DNA from: Eledone cirrhosa
Taxonomy: Eukaryota
DNA length: 64,000 bases
Reading direction: 5' to 3'
Assembly (NCBI GenBank): GCA_964016885.1
Contig: OZ024740.1
Coordinates: 64,480,001 to 64,544,000 of the forward strand
Below the pieces are notes generated by a model. It did not search any database, was not told the DNA's origin, and saw only the letters and a program-made list of their open reading frames with translations. Positions 53,786 through 64,000 of the stretch are shown one piece after another. Position 1 is the first letter of the stretch, and each line of letters opens with the position of its first letter. A program made the position numbers and the translations under genes.

Positions 53786-54302
53786 GCATGTATGTGTGCG
53801 TGTGTGTGAGTGATATGTTGTTATGATACAATAATATCTATGCACATGAAACCGAGACACTGAACAATTATATGTATAGTAACCTATTGGAAATTCCAAT
53901 TTTTACTATATTCCAATGAAAGCGTTAATTTTATTGTTAATTTTGAACAGCGTCTCTACTCAAATCTCAAAACTACCTCTATAATCTTTCAGTGACTGTA
54001 GTAACCTTTCCATATACTTCCTGTCTCTGTCTTTAAACAAACATTTCTTGTCATTTCCGCCCGCCAGTCTATTATGTATAATCACAAAGACTGAAGGAAA
54101 TAATATTCATGTATAACGGAGAGTGTTCTTAATATTTCACTATTCTATAACTTTCGTTTTTATAATAAATTTTAAAGCATTTTTAAAAGTTAAAAAATTA
54201 TTTTGCTGATTATTTATTTTGATCTTTATTGAAAGCATGCGAAATCAGACATCGAACTATCTAGGCATATATATATAAAACGAAAAAACGATATATACAT
54301 AT

Positions 54303-54797
54303 ATATATATAAAATTAAGTATATGTGTGTGTGTGTGTGTGTGTCTGTGTGTCTGTGTGTCTGTGTGTCTGTGTATTACCTATAGGGGCCTACATCTTAC
54401 GACCGATTTTCATGAAACTTTGCAGGCTCATAGATTAGTCCTCGGGGAGTGTTTTCTATATATCAGCGTATGGTTTTTATTTTATTCCGGGGTCATTCTG
54501 CAGATAAAAATCGATAGGGGGGGGGGGCACCTTTTTTTAGGTATCGAAAAATAAGATTTTTGACTGTAGCTCCCACATTTTTCAACCGATTTCGTTCAGA
54601 TTCGAAACTCCCTCCCCCAGCATGCTCCTTCGTCAGTTACCCGCGTTTCTTAGTGATAGAGGTCATCACCACCCTTCCCCTCATGGCCTGTGTGCGGCCA
54701 TAGATGAGTCATCGAGAAGCAGTCGCTAAGATCAACACCTTTTAATCAAAGCAGATATTATTTTATCTACCCAGGCAACCCTGGGTAGTGCTGCTAG
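54303..54797 (+). mobile_element. Non-autonomous Helitron-like element
   Basis: 5' TATATAAAA plus (TGTC)-type repeat; 3' hairpin ACCCAGGCAACCCTGGGT followed by CTAG|T. Confidence 0.75.
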
Positions 54798-54969
54798 TAT
54801 ATATATATATATTGGAAAGTAAAAAAACAACAACACAGGAGTACAATATATATATATATATATATATACGTTTCCCTGTTTTTTGATCGCACACACACAC
54901 TCACTCTCTCCAGTGTGTTATCCTTTCTACATATTGTATTTATATATATATATATATAATATATATATA

Positions 54970-55155
<186 letters not shown>

Positions 55156-55189
55156 AGAAGTTGGCGATAAAATGACTCATCTATTGTCT

Positions 55190-56340
55190 TTATATCTATT
55201 CATGCTTTAGATACGGTTGATCGGACATAAAACTGCGGACTTTGTAATTTAGAACTACTCCATGTTTTAAGGTACGATGGGATGCTGCTTAACAACAAAA
55301 TAAAAGATCAATTTTCTGTAGGCATAAAATAGCTACCAGATTCACAAACTTCAAACCACCATGATTTGAACCAGCAATCCCAAAATTAGAACTGAACCAC
55401 TTAGATTTTAGCATATAGAATATCCACCATCACACTGCTATTAGCTGTCAAACGGCCAACTGGTCACTGGATCATAAATCTCTGAACATCTCTTTCACCC
55501 TCTTTCTCTGAAACAGCATCAACCCCATTAAGATAGAACAATCAGCAAAACATTTACACGTTTGTCAAAGCTCCCTTAACCATCCACCCCTAGTCCTTAA
55601 ATTTCATACTTGTATCCCCCAATTAATCTCTAATTTATTGCTTTTTCTTTTTTATTTTGTCTGTCACTACATCAGATTCTCTAGACGTATCTATGTATAT
55701 TTCGAATTTGGTTTTTCATGTTAGCACTAAACCCACCAAAGAATTCTTATAAGAATACTTACTCACCACCACCACAAACATACTCTGTACTTACACGCCC
55801 TCACTTATCCTTATTTATTTCTTTAGATTTTCCATTTTCTTATTTTCTTACTTTTTTAATGTATCCTACCTTATCTTTTATTTTTACTTTTTACATCTGT
55901 AACTTCTCTACCTATTTACCATATATATTTTATTATTGAAGTTATTGTTTTGATTACACGCTACTCTTCTATATATTTCTTGCTTCTAGTGAATTATTTT
56001 TATATCTACGTACTCTGATGTGTTGATCAGAGGTAAATAATGCATTGGTGATCGAGTGACGCAACTTCAAGCGATTAGCGACCTCTAGACTCACCTGATC
56101 AATGAAACAATTGTCAGTACTTGAAATAAAACCCCTTATTGTACAGCCAACCATGTTACTCTTCATTCTTTCACTATTATTACTCCAAGTATAACCTGCA
56201 TAGGAATTACCGCGGACTCGCTGCATAACTATGGAAACATCTTGCTGAGTCAAACAAAGCCGTACGTTAAAACTATCCACGACGCAGAGTACTCACAACC
56301 TCTAACTGGATTACCTATAACGATAACTTGCTATCCCATA
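55190..56340 (+). mobile_element. Penelope-like 3' remnant (GIY-YIG C-terminus, long 3' region, hammerhead)
   Basis: Frameshifted ..CGLCNLELLHVLRYDGMLLNNK..CRHK resembles the C.LC..E...LLN...CRH end of PLE endonucleases; hammerhead 56010-56120 followed by AATAAA. Confidence 0.55.
56010..56120 (+). ncRNA. Type I hammerhead ribozyme with extended stem II (one core base lost or changed)
   Basis: gtact CTGATGT gttgatcag [~64 nt] ctgatcaat GAAA caattg TC agtac: stem I gtact/agtac, 9-bp stem II base, palindromic stem III ACAATTGT, GUC triplet. Confidence 0.7.
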
Positions 56341-56509
56341 TATGTACTTATATATATATATATATATATAATATGGAAAACGAAGAATCAGTGATTCATC
56401 GGAACACACTTTATTACGTATTACAATTGTTTCTCCGGCGAACAGCTCGAGGTTCGAACTGTTTGTGGATCGAATCTGACTCTGGATTCGCAAGTACCTC
56501 AGATACGTC

Positions 56510-56600
56510 TAGTGATTTCGAAGCAATTCTCTTTCTGCTGGACTCCGACCCTTCGAGAAATTCAAGTCCATCAGAAAGAGAATTTGCTTCGAAATCACTA
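56510..56600. repeat. ~35-bp-arm hairpin
   Basis: TAGTGATTTCGAAGCAATTCTCTTTCTG ... CAGAAAGAGAATTTGCTTCGAAATCACTA. Confidence 0.85.
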
Positions 56601-57010
56601 AAATTAGAAAATAGAAATGAAGTCATCCCGACGTAAATAATTATAATTATAATAGATCACTACAGGTAACAGTTGAGAAAATTTGGTAAACGAACCCTGG
56701 AGACGGAAATGTTCCTTAAGTCAATCGGATTTTCACACATCTAGCTCTATGTTTAAAATCTTCGAAAATACCACCGTAGATTAAGGTAATGGTAAACCCT
56801 CTCGCATGGCATTCGAGAGATATGTTGTTCGATTCCTCCCAGATGGCTCTGTCTACTGTTTTTCCTTCTCCAGCATTAATTTACCAGATTTTACCAACTA
56901 TTATTTATAGCGATCAACTATTGTTATAGGTATTTCTTTTGGGAAGACTACACCCCCACAACATACACACACATAAACACGCGTGCACACCCACACACAT
57001 ACCCACCCAC

Positions 57011-57070
<60 letters not shown>

Positions 57071-57072
<2 letters not shown>

Positions 57073-59236
57073 CGGCGATAAATTAGTTTTGCGAGGTTTT
57101 TGATATGAAATCGTGTGTGGAAACAAATATTGTTATACTTGGGGAGGGTCATATTTGTGTAATATTGCCAGAATTAATAACAGAACACACTCACTGTTTG
57201 GTTGATTTTCGCTTTTCGCTTCTGTGTCTTTTATATTGGTAATCTAATTTACTTGGTCCTCAATGTTGCCATTGACTGACCAACGGTAAACAATAATACA
57301 GATACAATATAGACACAAACACATATATATAGTTTATCAAAGTTCTTTCGTTGCACATCTGCAACATCGTCAGTGGTGCTATTGTTTCCTCCCGTTGCAT
57401 TGTATTTTCTACGCCATCTTTATTTAGTCTGTTTATATATTTATTTATTTGTTTATTTTATTTTGTCTTCTTTGCGCATGCTTTTGCGTGTGTGTATAGT
57501 GTCTTGTTTGATGTGCGTTCGTGATTGGGTGATTGTGTATTGGTTAATGTATTCTATCTTTACTAGTGTGTGTTTATATGTGTTTGTTGTTATTGTGCTT
57601 GTGTATGTATTTATTTATTTATTTACCTATTTATTTATTTATACTTCTCTTAGGTCAGTGTTGTTTGTTTGGGTGTTGTTGTATTCCATTCATTCTTTCT
57701 GTTTAGCCTTGGCCTTCTAAATTCTATTTCACTAGGCCTCTCTGATTTGCCTATCTGCTGGGTCATTTCTATGTTTAGATATTATTCTAATTTCTATGTT
57801 GTCTATGTTACCGTCGTGTTGTTGTCTGGCATGTTCGTATAGTACTGACCCGTTTTTTCGTCCTTTTAGTTCCCCCCAGTGTTGGTCTATCCTTTCACCT
57901 ATGCTAAGAGCTGTCTCGCCTATGTATGTTGTTGTCATGTTTCTGCAAGTACCCTCTGTACATCTTATGATATAGACTACGTTTCTAGTTTTACAGTTTA
58001 TTCGGGGGGTTTACCTTACATATGATACATTTCCTATTAGTACAGTGGGTTTTCTTAAAAGGGTAGGTTTTGGTGATCAGGGATTTTATGGTGGTTCCTG
58101 GCTTTTCTACCACCTTAATCTTTAAGTGGGGGGTCTTTCTCAGGGCCTTTCTACACTGGTTAGCTAATTTCCCTCCAGGGGTAGCGTCCACAAACATGAC
58201 ACTCTGGTATCTCTGGTTGTCGTACCATGAGGTGGCTTTCCCTATCTTATGTCTAGCCCTATCTAAGCTATTCCATGATTTGCTCCTGTATAATGGGCAA
58301 ATTCCTTTCATGTCCAGTTCTATGAGGGTGTTATACTTTTCCATGGCTCCTTCGTATACTCTGACTCTGTCTCTTTGGTTGTAGCCAGAGAACTGCATGC
58401 GATTGATGAAGTGTTGGATGTGTCTTTCCATTTCTGTTGGGTCGCAAATGCGGGACACATTCTTCATCACTCGTACCAAATCTGCGATCGGAATATTAAA
58501 CTTAGCACTACTGGACATTGCTGAGATTTTGAGTATCAGGTATTTGGAGGCCATGGGTTTAGCATAGTGTGAGTGGAGAATTTGGGCTCTCTCGTCTATA
58601 GTGTTAATCCAGAGTTCCGTGTCTAATACAGGTAGTCTATTGTTAGGGTGTTTGGAAGGGTAGTCGATAGTTACAGTTATACTCTGGTGTATGGAATTAG
58701 CTATCTGCTGGATGCTTTCCATTGTGCTACGTTCTAAATTAAACTTGTTAGTGCTCTCTAGTGGGGATGTTCTTATAACTATATTGATATCGTCTACGTA
58801 ACGAGAGTACATGATGAGGTCTATGGAGCTCTCATTAAGGAGATCTTTAAGTCCCCTTTCCCACCATACCATAAAAAGGTTGGCAACATCACCAGCTATG
58901 TTGACGCCAATAGCTGCTCCCTCATTTTGGGTGTAGATCTTCTCGTTGAACTTGAATATGTGGCCCTTTAGGGTAGTTTTGATACTAGTCCCTATTGCAT
59001 GTGCGACCATTTTTCTTACCTGATCATTATTTTGGGGGGTCCGTATAGCTTTGTTCCACCCAATCCACCTTCCCATGGGAGTCTTTTTAGCCATTGAGGT
59101 TATGGTGGGGTGTCTACCTCTTATGGGTCTACTGGGGCAGAAACGTCTAAGGTCATGGCTGTTTAGGTAGTCAGTGTCGTAGGTAAGTCTAAGTAGGAGT
59201 CCCAGTTCGTCTGTGTCGACGTCGCAGAACTCCACC
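57071..59236 (-). mobile_element. Penelope-like retroelement, 5'-truncated: RT + Cys-rich linker + C-terminal GIY-YIG endonuclease + 3' pLTR
   Basis: YTQNEGAAIG, YSRYVDD, RLPVLDT, CTNRKCIIC linker; after a 1-nt shift at G6 (58004-58009): CKTRNVVYIIRC...TYIGETALSIGERIDQH...LYEHARQQH; hammerhead-like core at 57346-57373; ends in (TA)n. Confidence 0.92.
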
Positions 59237-59495
59237 TGCGGCTCTCCCCCGGACGCTGCAGAGCCGACCACATATTCACACTGCGGCAGGTATTCGCGTA
59301 ATCGTGGGAGCATTGCTAAGAGGTATATATGCAGGAGTATGGGATTGTTAGTCAGCTTCTTGCTAGCCTGATGTCTCTATATGAATGCCCGAGTATTTGT
59401 ATTCGGATAAATGGTGCTAAATCGAAACCATCGAATATGGGAATCAGACACCGGCAAGATTGCGTACTGTCACTTCTTCTGTTTATTATTTACAT
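59237..59495 (+). mobile_element. RTE-like RT fragment
   Basis: PGRCRADHIFTLRQVF, then EYGIVSQLLASLMSLY...RQDCVLSLLLFIIYIN. Confidence 0.75.
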
Positions 59496-59501
59496 AAACA
59501 A

Positions 59502-59640
59502 CGGCGGTGGATTGGCAGTATCGGTAGAGTATCGGACACCATGCTTTGTAGTTCAAATCCCGCCGAGGCTAGCTTTGTCTTTCATCCTTACGGAGTCGAT
59601 AAAATAAAGCACCAGTAATGAACTGGGGTCGATTTAATCT
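59502..59640 (+). mobile_element. tRNA-derived SINE
   Basis: Same family as 10596-10771, internally deleted. Confidence 0.8.
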
Positions 59641-59994
59641 CCTCTCTCCTCCCAAATCATTATTTCCTTAAAGAGGATTGATATGCTCAGCCGGGCTGGA
59701 AGTGGTATCATGACTAGCGGGTGTAAAACCACTCAGCTGGAATGATACTATGTATAAGATTCAAATCTTCAAACATAAAACTTTGGTGGGTGATTGAACT
59801 ATCACCTCAAATGACAAAGCCGTTTGTGTGTCATGTTCCTTAAAAACAAAGGCGCACGCTACTTCCCTGGGATATACTTGCTACTAGATTGATTATTGTT
59901 CACACACGCTATTGATATTGTAATTTAGATAACTGAATTTAATATGCTTCATTAAACTGAAATGTGATCCGGATTTCACTGTCATATATCATTA

Positions 59995-60230
59995 CTGCGA
60001 AGGAGCCCCGCAAAGTGGGATGGGATGGCTGTTGCAGCGGGTGTCACTGGCCACTGTCCGTGGGGTGCAGCCCCATTACCACCGCGCCCCAGGCCCAGAG
60101 TCCATCACCCTCCATCTTTACCCTCCCCATTCTTCTGTGACACAAAAGCCCTTGTCGTTTGCTTCCTTTCCGTTTTTATGTTTTCTTATTTTACATTCCA
60201 TTCTTTCTCCCCAATCTATTTTTTCCATTT
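59995..60230 (+). mobile_element. Possible 3' end of a CRE-like RLE non-LTR element
   Basis: WLLQRVSLATVRG resembles the conserved L.QR.S.A..RG C-terminal motif; pyrimidine-rich tail follows. Confidence 0.4.
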
Positions 60231-60461
60231 TCTATTAAATTGCTTTTACTATTATAAACACTTACTACTCTCTATTAAATTGCTTTTACTATTATAAACA
60301 CTTACTACTCTCTATTAAATTGTTTTTACTATTATAAACACTTACTACTCTCTATCAAATTGCTTTTACTATTATAAACATTTACTATTTTCTATTAAAT
60401 TGCTTTTACTATTATAAACATTTACTATTTTCTATTAAATTGTTTTTACTATTATAAACAT
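60231..60461. repeat. 40-bp minisatellite x ~5.8 (TCTATTAAATTGCTTTTACTATTATAAACACTTACTACTC)
   Basis: Direct reading of tandem units. Confidence 0.95.
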
Positions 60462-60995
60462 CAAGAAAGCAAGTTTTTTCAGCTATATACATGTTTGGAA
60501 TGCGACAGGTAGGAAGTTCGATTCCAATCAAGTGGAGGAGTTGCTATACTTTTCTAATCACAGCTTATTTTGATTTATAATATTTATATTAAATCATAGT
60601 CACTAATTAGTAATTATAATTAATAATTTATTAATATTAGTGCTGTTAATGATTTTACTATGCACCAAATCTGTGTTTGGTACCATACTGTTCTAGGTGT
60701 TTTGTTGTTGATACACTCAGCTGGTACTACACTGTTAGAAGCGTTATGTTGCAGGTAGAAGCGTTATGTTGCAGCTGCAACATAATTTACAGCCATAGAA
60801 ATTGATAAAAATAAACAAAACAAAAACAAAAACTAAAAAGAAAAGCAAACAAATATTTATAGCGTTGCTGCATTTGACGAAGAAAAGCGCCAGCTGGTAT
60901 ACGGCATAGTCACCATCTGAAGTAGTGAGATACATTTTTCGTAATGCTTGTTACATTTTTCTCTCCGTTGTTATTTCCTTATCATAACTTTAATC

Positions 60996-61043
<48 letters not shown>

Positions 61044-61258
61044 ATACATATATATAAACGAAATCCAAAAGCGTTCATCGGTGGTTTAAAGCAGCGAGTT
61101 TATCAGGCAAAATCTATGCAATACAATAAAGGATACAGAAACACGCCTTAAAACAATAAACAAGAACAAACGTATATCAGCACACACCCACACATACAAT
61201 CACAGAGACACACACACACACGCACTCTCTCTGTCACACAACCACACACAAATCTCTC

Positions 61259-61858
61259 TCTATATAAAACATAGGATGCCTGTCTGCTGTCTGTGTAAAT
61301 CAAACTTTACACATGCGTTACTTATATTTCTTGAAGTGCAATGGGCTAAAAAGGTTTTAACTTTTTCTGCCCTAGGAGAAAAACAGCATTTTAAAGGCAT
61401 TTTTAGGATTTTTTGAGGCGTAACTTAAAGATAATCCAGCTGATTTCCTCGAAATTTGCAACACACATTAGTTAGTGCCCTCGCATTGCTGTGGACAAAA
61501 ACATTTCCGATTCCATTAATGGTTTCCAGGAAATTTACGAATTAGCATTGGGCATTACATGCCATTTTCATTTTCAATATAAACATTACTTAAACGTCAT
61601 AAGTAGCGGCTAATATTTCGTTAACAATTTGGTTTATTTAACAGAGGGCACAACACTTACTTACTCCTTTCGCATACAGGATTTCCGCAATCAGCCCACT
61701 GACACTGCTACTACTGGATTCGGCCTGCTGGTGTTCTACGTTTCCAGTAGATGAACAATCATTCCTTGAGAATAAGCGAATTCAAAATGTACACAGCTAC
61801 ATTCCTCGATCTTTGCATATGCGTGTTCCTACCCCGTGCAACGCCGGGTCCTGCTGCT

Positions 61859-61860
<2 letters not shown>
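61259..61860 (+). mobile_element. Non-autonomous Helitron-like element
   Basis: 5' TCTATATAAAA; 3' hairpin CCCGTGCAACGCCGGG followed by CTAG|T. Confidence 0.8.
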
Positions 61861-61946
<86 letters not shown>

Positions 61947-63709
61947 AGCATAATTAAGTCAAATATTTAAAATTTGGCTTCGTTTATTAAAGACACAATA
62001 AATTATGTCGGATAATAGGGGATAAAGTACCACCCTGGTAAAGCAGATAAAAAAACAACGGACAGTGCATATATGTAAATCAAGGAAACCAAAAAAGAAT
62101 AAACAGGAAGATGCAATAACATGAAGTTGTACTAGTTTCACACTTGGAGAAGGAAGAGTGAGTTACATAGACAATGTATTGGGCAATTGCACTTCATCAG
62201 CAAAAGCAGAAAAGCAAAAGTGCAAAGAAAAAAAAATTCTTTTAAATAAAATTAGAAAGAGAATAAAACATTAAAAAGGAAAGGGTGGTGAGGGCAGCAG
62301 TATTAGGCGGTAGAGGCGTCCAGAGTTAGGGGTGCACACATGCAGTTGGTGGTTTAATGTAGCAGGGGTGCATATTACGATGCGTGTTTGCGTGTTTGGT
62401 GTTAAGTGTGTTTTGGTGGAAGTGTGTATGTGTGAATGAGTGTACACATGCCTCCCCTGTACGCGTACAAAAACACACACACATATATATGTGTACACAC
62501 GGACACATGCGTGTCCCTGTGCGCTCACTCGAGCATGTGTGTGCGCATGTGTATGTTATTATGTGAGGGAGAATATCGGGGTGACGGAGACGGTGCTGTA
62601 CATATGGTGTTGCTGTGACGGTGGTTGCATTGGTGGCGTTCATGGTGAGTGTATGTATATGCTGTGTGGTTGTGGTACCGGTAGTGCTGGTGATGCGTGC
62701 ATGCATATAGATACATGCATATAGATACACGCAGACATGTGTGGCGGGATGGAGTTAGTGGTGTTAATGAGAAAGTTGTTGGGGTTACTGAGTATTAGTA
62801 GTATTGGCTGGCCATGTGTGGACGGGGTCACTTGTACGAGCAAATAGTTGTCAATATGCGTGTGTGTGTGTGTGTGTATACATGTTTATGTGCCGCCGCC
62901 AAGGTGTTTAGGGCATCCATGTACAGATGTATGTGGGGGGCATGGTGGAAGCTTTCTTGTGTTGTTGGATATGGCACGCACATAGATGCCCAAGCAAACA
63001 CATAGTTGAATAAATCATTAAATCAGCCAGCTCAAAAACAAAAGGTAAAAGAATGGAATTAAACAACTATAAAATATGATGAAGTAATAAATAAAATACC
63101 GTAGGAAAAAGAGAATTATGTGAATAATGTAAAAAAGTAATAATCGCATAGTATATACATAAATTACTGAATGATGCATTGTGATAAAACAATACACTGT
63201 ACTAATATATTAATGACATACATCTTTAGGTTTAGAAGTATACTATTGGGAAAAAGTCAGTTGTATGTTTAATACTGTGTCCAGTATTTCGTTTGCGCTT
63301 TATTTAATTTAACGATAAGCCTATTATTACAAGTAACACATTGGCATTTTATTTTATTTTATTTATTTCACGAATGTTTTCAGGTACCTTACTTTATTTC
63401 AAAGTCGCTAAGCGTATTGTATTTCACTATTGAGGTCTATATATTTATATATAAATTTCGTACCAATGAATTTCGGGTTTAACATCAAAAGTAAAAAATA
63501 ATTCAGAAATTGGGTAATACGTTCAAATCCTGACCTCTGTTAAGTTGGATGAATTATATTATGGTTTTTCAATATTTTTTGATATGAGCGGCAAACAATG
63601 CAGAGGCGTTAGAATGTCAGATAGAATGCTTTGCGGTATTCCTTCTGGATCTTTGCGCTCCCTGAGTTCAACTCCCATCGAGACACATTTTGCCTCTCAT
63701 CCTAATAAT

Positions 63710-64000
63710 TTGTTCTACTTTTTGGCACAAGGCCAGCAATTATCCCAGTGCATCACTGGTGCTTTATTTTATCGACTCCGTAAGGATGAAAGGCAAAGTT
63801 AACCTCGGTGGCATTTGAATTCAGAACGTAAAGGGCCGTAACTCAATGCTGAAAAGCATGGCGTCCAACCCTCTACCGATACTGCCGATCCACATCATCC
63901 TAATAATAGCTTCTACTTTTGGCACAAGGCCAGCAATTATTCCAGTGTATTACTGGTTCTTTATTTTATCGACCCCGTAAGGATGAAAGGCAAAGTTAAC
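63710..64000 (-). mobile_element. Two tandem tRNA-derived SINE copies (second cut by window edge)
   Basis: Core TTTTATCGAC.CCGTAAGGATGAAAGGCAAAGTTAAC at ~63766 and ~63965. Confidence 0.85.

Noticed and set aside
57732-59236. Selenoprotein-type (Naiad-like) PLE with in-frame UGA
   Set aside because: Endonuclease is C-terminal and the ORF breaks are 1-nt insertions, not in-frame TGA codons.
59237-59313. N-terminal ~25 aa (MLPRLREYLPQ...) of the 440-aa PLE ORF
   Set aside because: It is antisense read-through of an RTE fragment on the plus strand; the PLE is truncated at ~59236.

Overview
AT-rich, microsatellite-dense eukaryotic (animal) DNA with no recognisable host protein-coding exon; the tRNA-derived SINE family and repeat landscape suggest a cephalopod (Octopus-like) genome, which is an inference only. 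Most long ORFs in the track are artefacts of (TA)n/(CA)n/(TATG)n repeats. The real content is transposable: two groups of R4/Dong-clade RLE non-LTR retrotransposons sitting in different microsatellites ((TAA)n versus (CATA)n), a 5'-truncated Penelope-like element (RT + C-terminal GIY-YIG) plus an inverted duplication of its 3' end, RTE-like fragments (one with a twin-priming-type inversion), an internally deleted mariner, a Tc1/maT relic, two Helitron-like elements, MITEs and SINEs. The most notable signal is a set of non-coding ~250-600 bp units inserted in (TA)n, arranged as partial tandem and/or inverted copies, many carrying minimal type I hammerhead ribozymes. Three otherwise unrelated families share an upstream cassette (octamer ATGCAAAT 80-99 nt before the ribozyme core, then a TATA-containing palindrome), suggesting self-promoting, self-cleaving retrozyme-like elements mobilised by Penelope-like elements.
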